Positions 18,958 to 29,457 of a DNA stretch of 58,984 nucleotides are shown here, piece after piece. Source of the stretch: Pseudothermotoga sp. Its GTDB lineage: Bacteria > Thermotogota > Thermotogae > Thermotogales > DSM-5069. The stretch lies in the NCBI GenBank assembly GCA_031962025.1, contig JAVRKW010000011.1. One strand, given 5' to 3'. Under the pieces are notes generated by a model. The model searched no databases and was not told the origin of the DNA. It saw only the letters and a list, made by a program, of their open reading frames with translations. Position 1 is the stretch's first letter. Every line of letters starts with the position of its first letter. Both the position numbers and the translations under genes were made by a program.

Positions 18958-20121
18958 TTATCTCATCAACTGCAGGACTGTTTGAGGTTGAGTATTTGCC
19001 TGAGCAAGCATAGCCATGCTCGATTGCATCAATATCTGCTGTTTTGTAAATGCCATCATTTCTTTTGCCATATCTGCGTCTCTGATTCGAGATTCTGCAG
19101 CTGTCAGATTCTCCGCCGCTACTCCAAGGTTGGAGATGGTGTGTTCCAATCTGTTTTGTATAGCACCAAGTTGAGCCCTTGCACTGCTCACCTTGTGTAT
19201 AGCAGCATCCACAACCATGATTGTTCTTTCTGCACTGTTCTGATCTGTGACAACCAGAGAATCTGCTGTCAAACCAAGTGCAGCCGCTCTCATGTCGTCA
19301 ATTCCTGCAAGCATGTTGTGACCTTCGTTCGCTCCGATCTGGAAAACAAGCTGGCTCGCTACTGTATTCATGGCTTCTACCCTGACTACTGCACTATCTA
19401 CAACTTCACCCGTAGGAAGCGCTCCACCAAAATCAGCAAGGGAAATGACTTTTGTATCCCACTTGAATGTAATGTTTCCAAGAGCAGCCGAGCCCGCACC
19501 AATTGTTGCAATTGTTGTTGAGATTCCATCGGCTTTGAAAAGCGTTATCTTCACATCCAGGGGACTTGTTTCACTACCATCAAGTTGTCCAACTTCGATT
19601 ACATAAGTACCTTCAGATGCAGCCGAACTGACTGCACTGAGTTTTAGATTAATATTTCCAGCCGTGACTACTTTTGCATCTGGAGAAGATCTAAAGCTTT
19701 CTATCTTTCCATCCAAAAGCTTCATCGTGTTAAACTCAGTCGTTCTTGCTATCCTGTCAATCTCTTCGCGAAGTTGATTCAGCTCTGCCTGAATTTGATT
19801 CCTATCCACATTGGTGTTTGTGTCTGAAGCCGCCTGAACTGCAAGTTCTCTCATCCTCTGAAGTATCGAGTGAACCTCTGTTAAAGCTCCTTCAGCAGTC
19901 TGAATCAAAGATATGGCGTCCTGAGCGTTCTTCACTGCCATGTCAAGACCTCTGATCTGTCCTCTCATCTTTTCACTTATCGCAAGACCTGCCGCGTCGT
20001 CTCCTGCCCTGTTGATCCTCAAACCTGAAGAAAGTTTCTCAAGTGTCTTGCTCATCGTGTACTGCGTCTCACTCATGCTCCTCCATGCATTCAACGCACT
20101 GATGTTGTGATTAATCCTCAT
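18958..20121 (-). CDS. fliC: Flagellin (downstream copy)
   Basis: MRINHNISALNA...LSSGLRINRAGDDAAGLAISEK; C-terminal ESRIRDADMA. Confidence 0.98.
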   Translation of the reverse strand: MRINHNISALNAWRSMSETQYTMSKTLEKLSSGLRINRAGDDAAGLAISEKMRGQIRGLDMAVKNAQDAISLIQTAEGALTEVHSILQRMRELAVQAASDTNTNVDRNQIQAELNQLREEIDRIARTTEFNTMKLLDGKIESFRSSPDAKVVTAGNINLKLSAVSSAASEGTYVIEVGQLDGSETSPLDVKITLFKADGISTTIATIGAGSAALGNITFKWDTKVISLADFGGALPTGEVVDSAVVRVEAMNTVASQLVFQIGANEGHNMLAGIDDMRAAALGLTADSLVVTDQNSAERTIMVVDAAIHKVSSARAQLGAIQNRLEHTISNLGVAAENLTAAESRIRDADMAKEMMAFTKQQILMQSSMAMLAQANTQPQTVLQLMR

Positions 20122-20192
20122 TAAACCACACCTCCTTGTTCTTCACACTGCCTTCCTGGCAGTTACTTGCTTTTTCATCTATTGGTCAAAAA

Positions 20193-21356
20193 TTATCTCA
20201 TCAACTGTAGGACTGTTTGAGGTTGAGTATTTGCCTGAGCAAGCATAGCCATGCTCGATTGCATCAATATCTGCTGTTTTGTAAATGCCATCATTTCTTT
20301 TGCCATATCTGCATCTCTGATTCGAGATTCTGCAGCTGTCAGATTCTCCGCCGCTACTCCAAGGTTGGAGATGGTGTGTTCCAGCCTGTTTTGTATAGCA
20401 CCAAGTTGAGCTCTTGCACTGCTCACCTTGTGTATGGCAGCATCCACAACCATGATTGCTCTTTCTGCACTGTTCTGATCTGTGACAACCAGTGAGCTCG
20501 TTGTCAGACCCATCGCAGCCGCTCTCATGTCGTCAATTCCTGCAAGCATGTTGTGACCTTCGTTCGCTCCGATCTGGAAAACAAGCTGGCTCGCTACTGT
20601 ATTCATGGCTTCTACCCTGACTACTGCACTATCTACAACTTCACCCGTAGGAAGCGCTCCACCAAAATCAGCAAGGGAAATGACTTTTGTATCCCACTTG
20701 AATGTAATGTTTCCAAGAGCAGCCGAGCCCGCACCAATTGTTGCAATTGTTGTTGAGATTCCATCGGCTTTGAAAAGCGTTATCTTCACATCCAGGGGAC
20801 TTGTTTCACTACCATCAAGTTGTCCAACTTCGATTACATAAGTACCTTCAGATGCAGCCGAACTGACTGCACTGAGTTTTAGATTAATATTTCCAGCCGT
20901 GACTACTTTTGCATCTGGAGAAGATCTAAAGCTTTCTATCTTTCCATCCAAAAGCTTCATCGTGTTAAACTCAGTCGTTCTTGCTATCCTGTCAATCTCT
21001 TCGCGAAGTTGATTCAGCTCTGCCTGAATTTGATTCCTATCCACATTGGTGTTTGTGTCTGAAGCCGCCTGAACTGCAAGTTCTCTCATCCTCTGAAGTA
21101 TCGAGTGAACCTCTGTTAAAGCTCCTTCAGCAGTCTGAATCAAAGATATGGCGTCCTGAGCGTTCTTCACTGCCATGTCAAGACCTCTGATCTGTCCTCT
21201 CATCTTTTCACTTATCGCAAGACCTGCCGCGTCGTCTCCTGCCCTGTTGATCCTCAAACCTGAAGAAAGTTTCTCAAGTGTCTTGCTCATCGTGTACTGC
21301 GTCTCACTCATGCTCCTCCATGCATTCAACGCACTGATGTTGTGATTAATCCTCAT
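20193..21356 (-). CDS. fliC: Flagellin (promoter-proximal copy)
   Basis: Same motifs; differs from the other copy at four residues. Confidence 0.98.
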   Translation of the reverse strand: MRINHNISALNAWRSMSETQYTMSKTLEKLSSGLRINRAGDDAAGLAISEKMRGQIRGLDMAVKNAQDAISLIQTAEGALTEVHSILQRMRELAVQAASDTNTNVDRNQIQAELNQLREEIDRIARTTEFNTMKLLDGKIESFRSSPDAKVVTAGNINLKLSAVSSAASEGTYVIEVGQLDGSETSPLDVKITLFKADGISTTIATIGAGSAALGNITFKWDTKVISLADFGGALPTGEVVDSAVVRVEAMNTVASQLVFQIGANEGHNMLAGIDDMRAAAMGLTTSSLVVTDQNSAERAIMVVDAAIHKVSSARAQLGAIQNRLEHTISNLGVAAENLTAAESRIRDADMAKEMMAFTKQQILMQSSMAMLAQANTQPQTVLQLMR

Positions 21357-21436
21357 TAAACCACACCTCCTTGTTCTTCACACTGCCTTCCTGGCAGTTA
21401 CTTTTACCCACAGGCGCCTATGGGACTTCATTATTT

Positions 21437-21463
21437 ATATCGGCAGGACCTTGGAAGGCTTTA
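21437..21463 (-). promoter_or_regulatory. Sigma-28 (FliA) promoter
   Basis: Rev. comp. TAAA-N15-GCCGATAT. Confidence 0.9.
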
Positions 21464-21512
21464 GAGAAAAGTTGGTATGAACTTTTTCTAAAACCCGCAG
21501 ATGAACAAGGAC

Positions 21513-24071
21513 TTATCTGTTACACTTAAACGCAACAATCGTTCTGTAATCCCCCTGCGAAGTTCTCCATCTGCCGAGAGTTTGGTAAGGTACTTTGAAA
21601 TGCTCCAGCAGTTCCTTTTCTGTACTGAAATATTGCCTCAACTTGCTGATCCACCCTTGCCTGTAAATACCTTTTTCCTCGGGATGACCACTGTCGAAAA
21701 CCAGATAGAATGTTTTTGAGAGCAGTTTGAAAAAGACGTCATCGGCCTTTTTCAGATCGTAATTGAAGACCAGGTGATGATAGACACTCAAAAAAAGAAT
21801 GACATCCGCTTCTATGGGTAAATCCGACTCAGCTATGTTCATCTGTATGAACTCGTAATCTTCCGGCACCTGGAGATCCTTTTTTGATGAGATGTCAATA
21901 CCTATTACTCTCATACCGTAATTTTTAAAGCCGTAAGAGAGTTCTCCCCTGTTGCAACCTATATCAACTATAGTCTTTGGTTTGACCGACAGAACGAATT
22001 GTTCTATTATTTTCTTTTTCTCTGGATCAGTTTGCTGAATTTGGTATGTTCCATCGAATATTCCCACGTAAACACTTTCAATGAACGTGCGGTAATGCTT
22101 CTCCTGTGACTCTATGTAATACTTCCAGTAAGCTGGCATTATCGAAAATATTTTTCCTTCCTCGCTCAAGAATCGATTTTTCAAAATATAAGCAGGTATT
22201 TTTTTATGACCCAGATAGTTCGCTATTGCTACCCTATGTCTTCCGCTAACAGTCCAAAACTTCACACTCTCTGCTATATCAACCGAACGTTTTTCACCGT
22301 TTTCAAAACTCACACCTTTCAAGTTTCCATCGTTTATGAAGGCAACCATGGGTTTCAGGATTTTACCGGATAGTTTCACGCTCTCGTACAAGTCGATGAA
22401 TTTTTTTATGATTACCTCTGGTGGTAGGGAATAAAGCCCTTTCTTGTAAACATCGTGCAAAAACGCATAGTACAGAGTTTTTGTGTATGGAACACCGCGA
22501 CCGTAGAACTTTTCAAGAAAATCTATCATGTACTCTACGTTGGTATCAGACACCAGGCTTCCCGGAGGCAAATCATTTTTATAACTTTCAAAAGATGCGA
22601 GTGAGTTTTCGAGATTTTCCTCGTAGTTTCGACCCATTTTCAAATAGATGCCTGCTTGAACAGGATCGATTATGCATAAATTTTGACCTGAAGGATTTTC
22701 TGTCTTTACTTGAGATGATGTGCTTTCAATCGCTTTAACAATCTGGTTGATTTGATTTTCTAAAGAACATTTTTCTTCGACAAAACTTCTATATCTTTCT
22801 GAATCATAGTTTTCGTTTTTTATCATTTCAATCGCTTCATCTATGGTATTGAATATAAATTCCTTTGGATAAAATTCCTCTGCTATGTAAAAGTTGTGAA
22901 TCACCGGTTTGATACCTTTTGCCATTGCTTCGAGAATTGCTACTCCATATCCTTCGTGGATGCTGGTAGATAGAAACACATTCTTATCTTCAAGATAAGA
23001 ATTCACATCATTATGCCAACCATCGAAACTGAAACTTTCTTTTATATGCAATTTCTCAAGCAGGTATGTGAAGTACCTGTAAATTCTCTCGTCTTGAATG
23101 CTACCAGCCCAAAACAGTTTGTATCTATTGTCAATGTCTAACAGTTTTTTGAGAATTTGGATAGCCAGGATGGGATTTTTCTTGTAATTAAAGTGACCAA
23201 CAAAAACCAAGTTATAACCTTTCTCTCTTTTTGCATAAGTGTACCTTGTCAAATCAATACCATTTTGAATGAGATTTAAGGGTATTTCCTTGATCTTTTC
23301 ACAATTTTCGTATGCTGTCTTCATAACATTTTCTGCAACAAATATCATCTTGTCTATTTTCTCCCAATTTATTGAATTCAGAAAATCCTTTCTCAGTGAT
23401 TCGTATCCATGAAGCCTGCACAGCAACTTTTTATTTCCCTTAGGGAGTTTATTTGTTATTTCCACCGCCATCTCGTTTGCCCATTCAAGCCAGACGATGT
23501 CCGCCCAGTTGTAGGCTTCCATGATCTGTTTGCTATCAACACTGACGACCAGCCTGACCTGATAGACATGTGACAAAATCTCTGCAATGTCTTTTATGAA
23601 ATTGTCCAAGCCGGGCAGACAAAAGATGGCGAGTTTTTCACTTTTAAAATGCTGTTTTTTGATAGATTCATACTTGTCTTTAAGTTCGTCAATCTTTGAT
23701 AGTTCATAAGCTTTTTTGTAGTAATGCAGTGCCATCGCCGGGTTGTCCTGTTTAAGCTGCGTGTCGCCGAGCATGTCGTAAATTTCCCATGTTTTTTGGG
23801 CAATTCTCGTCAAATACCGCCATGATTCAAAATACTCTTCTTTTTCAAACAGCGCTTTTGAATAATTGAAAAGCACATCTGAATGTGTTGGGTTTATTTT
23901 CAGAGCTTTTTCAAAAAACTTTAGTGAATCATCGATTTTTCCTTCATAGAAAGATATCATCCCAAACACGTTGTTTTTGTCGACATCATCCGGTATATTC
24001 TCAGCAAGTTCTCTTGCCTTTGAAAATTCTTTTGCCCGGATTAAACCGGATATCTTTTCAAATATTTCCAT
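21513..24071 (-). CDS. TPR + GT-B glycosyltransferase + ParB/Srx-like + class I methyltransferase fusion, probable flagellin modifier
   Basis: Start at MEIFEK after GGGAG; TPRs; STSIHEGYGVAILEAMA (EX7E); VSGRHRVAIA..LG...IPA; VDIGCNRG. Confidence 0.85.
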   Translation of the reverse strand: MEIFEKISGLIRAKEFSKARELAENIPDDVDKNNVFGMISFYEGKIDDSLKFFEKALKINPTHSDVLFNYSKALFEKEEYFESWRYLTRIAQKTWEIYDMLGDTQLKQDNPAMALHYYKKAYELSKIDELKDKYESIKKQHFKSEKLAIFCLPGLDNFIKDIAEILSHVYQVRLVVSVDSKQIMEAYNWADIVWLEWANEMAVEITNKLPKGNKKLLCRLHGYESLRKDFLNSINWEKIDKMIFVAENVMKTAYENCEKIKEIPLNLIQNGIDLTRYTYAKREKGYNLVFVGHFNYKKNPILAIQILKKLLDIDNRYKLFWAGSIQDERIYRYFTYLLEKLHIKESFSFDGWHNDVNSYLEDKNVFLSTSIHEGYGVAILEAMAKGIKPVIHNFYIAEEFYPKEFIFNTIDEAIEMIKNENYDSERYRSFVEEKCSLENQINQIVKAIESTSSQVKTENPSGQNLCIIDPVQAGIYLKMGRNYEENLENSLASFESYKNDLPPGSLVSDTNVEYMIDFLEKFYGRGVPYTKTLYYAFLHDVYKKGLYSLPPEVIIKKFIDLYESVKLSGKILKPMVAFINDGNLKGVSFENGEKRSVDIAESVKFWTVSGRHRVAIANYLGHKKIPAYILKNRFLSEEGKIFSIMPAYWKYYIESQEKHYRTFIESVYVGIFDGTYQIQQTDPEKKKIIEQFVLSVKPKTIVDIGCNRGELSYGFKNYGMRVIGIDISSKKDLQVPEDYEFIQMNIAESDLPIEADVILFLSVYHHLVFNYDLKKADDVFFKLLSKTFYLVFDSGHPEEKGIYRQGWISKLRQYFSTEKELLEHFKVPYQTLGRWRTSQGDYRTIVAFKCNR

Positions 24072-24191
24072 TTTCAACACTCCCAAAAAATCGCTCCATT
24101 TAAACTTTCCATAATCAAAATGGATATTCCTAAAAATACAGATTGAGATGTTATAATCCAACTTGCACAGATGCAGTCTGGAGTGTTGTGA

Positions 24192-25934
24192 ATGGTGATA
24201 ATAAAAAACCTTTCCATATCTTTCGCTGAAAAAACACTTTTTACAGACTTCAATGCGACCGTAACTGATAGCGACCGAATAGGTCTTTTGGGGAAAAATG
24301 GCAGTGGCAAAAGCACTCTTTTGAAAGCCATAGCCGGTTTGTTTGAAGACTACGATGGCGAGATAATCACCACTGGAAGGATCGCTTATCTTGACCAGTA
24401 CAGAGCTTTCAGTGCAAAGACACCGTTTGAATATTATTCTCAGCTTGCAGATACTCCACAAAAGCAGAAAAATGTGCGCAGTATATTAAAAGGCTTTGGC
24501 TTTGATGAAAAAGACTGGCACAGGTCAATTACCACTTTCAGCGGCGGGGAAAGAACCAAAATCCAGCTTGGAAGACTTTTCATTGAAGAACCAGACTTTC
24601 TTTTACTGGATGAACCAACCAATTTCCTTGACATAGAAGGCATTGAATTTTTGAAGAACCTTCTGAAAAACTTCAAAGGCGGTTACATAGTCATAGCACA
24701 CGATAGAGACTTTCTGCGAAGTGTTTGCAACAAATTCTGGGAGATCAACAACGAACACGTGTGGGTATTTGATATGAATTTTGACAGCTACCGCACGCAA
24801 AGACAGCTAATCATCGAGACGCAGAAAAGACAGTTCACAAACATGCAAAGAGAGATAGAAAGGCTGAAAAAAATAATAGACCAGTACAAAAAATGGGGCA
24901 GAGATAAGGCAGTTAAGCAGGCAAAGAGCAGGCAGAAAATGCTCGATAGAATGCTTGAAGAACTTGAAAATATGCCGGCTCAATATATGCAAGAGCAGGA
25001 AAAGATCATAAACATACCCCTGCCGGAAAGTGCCGGTCATGTTGTGCTGGAATGCAGGGATATTCATTACAATTCTTTGATCAAGGGCGCCAGTTTTACG
25101 ATGTACTGGCAGGATAAAATAGCCCTGATCGGTCCCAACGGCTCTGGGAAGACAACGCTGTTGAAGATCATAACCAACCAGGTTGATTACACAGGTACCG
25201 TGAAGATAGGGCACAATGTGAAAATGGTTTATATCGATCAATTTGTTGAAAAACTCGATCCGCAGAACACGGTTTTCGACGAAATATTTGAAGAACTTTT
25301 CGATCAGCCAGATTACGTAATAAGATCGTACCTGGGCAGGTTTGGATTCAAAGGCGAAGATGTTTTTAAAAGCGTTTCAGAGCTGAGCGGCGGCGAAAGA
25401 CAGATGCTCGCACTTGCCAAGGTTTTGCTCAGAAAACCGAACCTTTTGATTCTGGATGAGCCAACCAATCACATGGATCTTTCGGCTGTTGAAGCGCTTG
25501 AAAATGCTCTTAAGGAATACAGTGGAAGTGTACTGATAGTCTCTCATGATGTTGAGTTGATCAAAAACGTCTGCAACAGATTTCTGAGCATCAAAGACGG
25601 CTCTTTAATAGAAGTCGACGAACCCATATTTTTCAAGGCACAGAAAAATCAGGATCTTCCAAAAAAGGGCAACGATCTGTTTGACGAAAAAAAGAAATTG
25701 AGAAATCAAATAAAAAGCATGAAAACACGTCTGCAACAGCTCAAAGACCTTGAAGAGTCGATAATATCACAGATAGACGAAATCGAAAAACAACTTTCCA
25801 CAACCAGCGACTATAACAGAATCATAAAGATGAATGAACAAAAAGAGAATCTGGAACATAAACTGTACCAGATACTCGAAGAATCCGAAAAGATAAACCA
25901 GAACCTGAAGGAGCTGGAAAATAAATTGCTGTAA
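24192..25934 (+). CDS. ABC-F family ATPase
   Basis: Two NBDs (GKNGSGKS, FSGGE, LDEPTN twice), no TM segments, C-terminal coiled coil. Confidence 0.95.
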   Translation: MVIIKNLSISFAEKTLFTDFNATVTDSDRIGLLGKNGSGKSTLLKAIAGLFEDYDGEIITTGRIAYLDQYRAFSAKTPFEYYSQLADTPQKQKNVRSILKGFGFDEKDWHRSITTFSGGERTKIQLGRLFIEEPDFLLLDEPTNFLDIEGIEFLKNLLKNFKGGYIVIAHDRDFLRSVCNKFWEINNEHVWVFDMNFDSYRTQRQLIIETQKRQFTNMQREIERLKKIIDQYKKWGRDKAVKQAKSRQKMLDRMLEELENMPAQYMQEQEKIINIPLPESAGHVVLECRDIHYNSLIKGASFTMYWQDKIALIGPNGSGKTTLLKIITNQVDYTGTVKIGHNVKMVYIDQFVEKLDPQNTVFDEIFEELFDQPDYVIRSYLGRFGFKGEDVFKSVSELSGGERQMLALAKVLLRKPNLLILDEPTNHMDLSAVEALENALKEYSGSVLIVSHDVELIKNVCNRFLSIKDGSLIEVDEPIFFKAQKNQDLPKKGNDLFDEKKKLRNQIKSMKTRLQQLKDLEESIISQIDEIEKQLSTTSDYNRIIKMNEQKENLEHKLYQILEESEKINQNLKELENKLL

Positions 25935-25941
25935 ATGAACG

Positions 25942-27138
25942 TTATACAGAATTGTTCATATCACACAAATGACGAATGATCTTTGCAACATGAGAATTAG
26001 CCAGTACATCGTGTACCCTTATTATCTGAACACCTTTTGCCACACAATAAGCGCTGACGGCTAAAGTCCCGTATAATCTTTCTTCAGGTGGTATACCGTC
26101 CAAGAGATTACCTATGAAAGACTTTCTGGATGCTCCAATCAGAATGGGAACCTTGAAGGCTTTGAACTCTTCGATCCTTTTTAAAATTTCAAGGTTATCC
26201 TGCAATCTTTTTCCAAAGCCTATACCCGGGTCTATGATGGTCTTTTCTCTAAGCCCGAGTTCTTCAACCACCCTGAGCCTTTCTTTGAAGAAAACAAAAA
26301 GTTCTTTTATCACATCTTCGTAGAATGGATTTTGCTGCATTGTTTTTGGCTCACCTTTCATGTGCATCAAAACAACGGCGGGTTTGTATTTTGACAATAC
26401 CTGTGTCATTTTTTCATCAAATCTCAGTGCGCTGATATCGTTCACTATATCCGCACCGATTTTCAAAGCTTCCTCTGCCACTTTGGCTTTGTAAGTATCC
26501 ACAGAAACCACCACATCGAAGTTTTTCTTGATCAGCTCGATCGCCGGGATCACTCTATCCAGTTCTTGCTGCTCTGTCACCGGGTCAGAGCCGGGTCTTG
26601 TAGATTCTCCACCTATATCTATGATGTCAACTTTTTCGTTTATCATTCTTGCCGCCGAATCGATGATTTTACCTTTGTCAACTCTGCTTTTTTCGTAAAA
26701 AGAATCCGGTGTGACATTTATCACACCCATGATGAGCGTTCTATCAAAGACGAGTTTTTTACCAGATGGAAGTTCTATTTGCTTCACCTGTTCTTTGAAC
26801 AAACATTCCTCGATCTGTCTTGCAATTTCACTCAAACCCCAGTAATTCATCATATAGAGCTTCTCTATCAGTTTCTGGTGCTGACCCAATGTGCCCATAG
26901 TCAGCACATCTGTCTTTTCAACTTTGTGCGTAATTGCATGTCTGTGAACGGCTGCATCTGCTCCAGCAGCAAGCATTTCCTGTTTAATAACATTGGCTGC
27001 AATAACCGGAACATCGTAGATCAAAAGGCTCACAAAAGACCCTTTCCTTTTAAAAATCGGTATAGAAGCCGGATCAACTCCCACCTTTTGCAAAAAATAC
27101 AGGGGATTTTCCACCTTTGCCACGATAAAATCACTCAT
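25942..27138 (-). CDS. folP: Dihydropteroate synthase with N-terminal extension
   Basis: MGVINVTPDSF, DIGGESTRPG, DPGIGFGK, SRKSF, RVHDV. Confidence 0.96.
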   Translation of the reverse strand: MSDFIVAKVENPLYFLQKVGVDPASIPIFKRKGSFVSLLIYDVPVIAANVIKQEMLAAGADAAVHRHAITHKVEKTDVLTMGTLGQHQKLIEKLYMMNYWGLSEIARQIEECLFKEQVKQIELPSGKKLVFDRTLIMGVINVTPDSFYEKSRVDKGKIIDSAARMINEKVDIIDIGGESTRPGSDPVTEQQELDRVIPAIELIKKNFDVVVSVDTYKAKVAEEALKIGADIVNDISALRFDEKMTQVLSKYKPAVVLMHMKGEPKTMQQNPFYEDVIKELFVFFKERLRVVEELGLREKTIIDPGIGFGKRLQDNLEILKRIEEFKAFKVPILIGASRKSFIGNLLDGIPPEERLYGTLAVSAYCVAKGVQIIRVHDVLANSHVAKIIRHLCDMNNSV

Positions 27139-27641
27139 CTTTTCACCTCTTTCAGCATTTCTTCTATTTGCGAAAGCGACTGGTTTATTATCCTCGCAGT
27201 AGCACCCCAGACAACCAGTTCCCGCAGAGGATAACGGCAGGTGATATTTCCATTGGGCATAACAACCTCAACGCACTTTGTATTTTTGAACAGTTCAACC
27301 GACACAAAGTATATTTCTTCAACCTCGCTTTTGTTCAGGTGAAATTCTCTGCAATTGACGACAGCCAGAAAAGGAATTATTTTCACCGAAGTTCCCACTG
27401 TCACTGTACAAGACAGCTCACCAAGGACGGTAAGACAGTCCTCTTTGACTCCTATTTCTTCCTGTGTCTCTCTTATGGCTGCTTGCAGTGCGCTTTCACC
27501 TTTTTCGATGAAACCACCGGGGAATCCCACCTGCCCCGGGTGGCGCCTGAGCTTTCGAGATCTTCTTATGAGAATCAGATAAGGCTCTTTTTCGATGAAA
27601 ATAACCGGTACACAAACAGCCGATTCGTTGATCTTGTTCAC
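27135..27641 (-). CDS. Nudix hydrolase, CoA pyrophosphatase type
   Basis: HPGQVGFPGG, AAIRETQEEIG, VWGATA. Confidence 0.9.
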   Translation of the reverse strand: MNKINESAVCVPVIFIEKEPYLILIRRSRKLRRHPGQVGFPGGFIEKGESALQAAIRETQEEIGVKEDCLTVLGELSCTVTVGTSVKIIPFLAVVNCREFHLNKSEVEEIYFVSVELFKNTKCVEVVMPNGNITCRYPLRELVVWGATARIINQSLSQIEEMLKEVKR

Positions 27642-27745
27642 CTCAATTTGAATTATATATGTTCAGAGCAGGTGGTACGTTTTTAAAACTGACTATAATA
27701 CAGTTATATTAATACAAAAGCTGAATCAGACTAAATAATAGTAAC

Positions 27746-28191
27746 TTGACATATTTGAAATATGGTGATAAAATTATAGCAAAACTGATTTTCTTCAACT
27801 CTCAAATTCCTGCGTATTTTACCCGACCAAAGGGGGATTTTGCCACAATCCGGGCAGAACGGCAGGCGGCGCTCGTGGAGCAATTCATAGATGGAAGAGA
27901 GTTCAGTGTGGGTATACTGGCAGGTGAGGTTCTGCCAATTTTGGAAATAGATTTTTCTACACTGCCGGATGGACTGGAGAGGTTTTACTCCTACAGAGTC
28001 AAACACAGTTACGGCAGTTATACACGATATATATGCCCCGCGCAGATCAATGAGGATCTGCAAAGAAAAATCATAGACTACGCCTTGAAGGCATTCAAAA
28101 TTCTGGGTCTTAGAAATTACGCGAGAATAGATCTGAGAGTCAAGGAAAATCACATATATTTTCTTGAAGTTAATTCTCTTCCCATGTTGAC
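27746..28191 (+). pseudogene. D-Ala-D-Ala ligase family (ATP-grasp) gene, truncated 5' part, interrupted by IS
   Basis: LVEQFIDGREFSVG, FYSYRVK, YARIDLR, FLEVNSLPML; N-terminal domain and KP..EGS loop missing. Confidence 0.8.
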
Positions 28192-29457
28192 AGAAAAACC
28201 AGTCCCGCAAGCCCTTCTTCTTTAGGGGAAAGGTAAGGGGTCGGTTAATTATTTAAACTGTGCTACCATTGTATATGGAGAGTAGAACATACTATGTAGA
28301 TTCGGCATGAACTGTTTCAGAAGAAACCATCAGGAGGTACATCGAAGAATGCCAAGATGTACAGTCAGAACCTATAAAGTTCCTGTTCCGAGAGACTTAT
28401 ATCCTCTGTGCTCTGAACTGAACAAGACAGCAGCAAGAATCTACAACAAAACCTTGTCTCTGGTCAAGAAGATAAAACAAAAGAAGAACTTCTGGCTCTC
28501 AGAGAATGCAGCACAAAAGTACATCCTGCGATGGTCTACTGATATCAACATCCACACCCACTCAAAACAGGCCATGGTTCAGCAGTACTTTCAATCACTT
28601 TACAGCTACCTCAAAGCAAGTAAAGAAAATCCAGACCTAAAGCCTCCGTACAAGAGAAAAAGGTTCATGCCGTTTATCTGGAAAAACACCGCAGTAAAAC
28701 TCTTACCCGATGGAACACGGAACCGGCATCATGGCGGTTGACCTTGGGATACTCCGCCCCATAACCTGTTTTGACGGCTCTGAAGTGATCTCATACCACG
28801 GAGGAGTTCTAAACAGCGTGCTCAGATACCGAAACAGGAGGGTGGCAGATCTTCAAAGAGCCATGAGTTGTTGCAAAAAAGGCTCAAGAAGATACAGAAA
28901 ACTTTCGATAGCAAAAAGAATGGTGCTGAGGAAGATTGGAAATCAGATCAAAGACATACTGCACAAGACAACAAGCAATTTCATTGGACTGTGCTTGCAA
29001 AAAGGAGTCAACACCGTTGTGATAGGAGACGTTACAAACATTAGAGAGGACGCAGAAGGAAACGACAACTTCAATCAGAAGCTTCATCAGTGGTGCTACA
29101 GGAAGATGATTGAGATGATAACCTACAAGGCAGAGCGGTTCGGGATTGAGGTAAAACTTGTTTCTGAAGCATACACAAGCAAGGAATGTCCTGTGTGTAG
29201 AAGTAGGAATCACCCGAATGGTCGAAACTACAGATGCAGCAAGTGCGGGTTTGAGTACCACAGGGACGGAGTAGGGGCAATAAACATCTGGAAAAGGTAT
29301 CCTGGGAATTCCCAGGTAGTAGCGGGCTTGGCACCCGCCAGAGGTGTGAGATTCAACCCACACCTCCGTGGCTATGGAGCATCTACTGCTCCATGGAAGG
29401 CAGCCTGAACGAGCTGCCAAGAATCCTATCCCCTTTAGGGGATTGGGAGGAGGTCAA
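28192..29457 (+). mobile_element. Non-autonomous IS200/IS605 (tnpB-only) element
   Basis: Starts after TTGAC, ends in TCAA, no TSD, subterminal hairpins containing CTTTAGGGG at both ends; removal restores ddl frame. Confidence 0.9.
28349..29408 (+). pseudogene. tnpB: TnpB split into two frames by an internal deletion
   Basis: N-part AARIYN...HTHSKQ...PPYKRK (28349-28741); C-part AVDLG, IGD, YTSKECPVC..CSKC, HRDGVGAINI (28710-29408). Confidence 0.88.

Larger units (their letters stand above)
18958..21403 (-). repeat. Tandem duplication of flagellin gene plus 47 bp of 5' UTR (period 1235 bp)
   Basis: 20122-20168 identical to 21357-21403; coding sequences nearly identical. Confidence 0.95.

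Noticed and set aside
24072..24461. 130-aa N-terminal extension of the glycosyltransferase ORF
   Set aside because: Antisense overlap with ABC-F; SD precedes ATG at 24071
28690..28745. Programmed frameshift in tnpB
   Set aside because: No slippery heptamer seen, and the joined product would lack a domain segment
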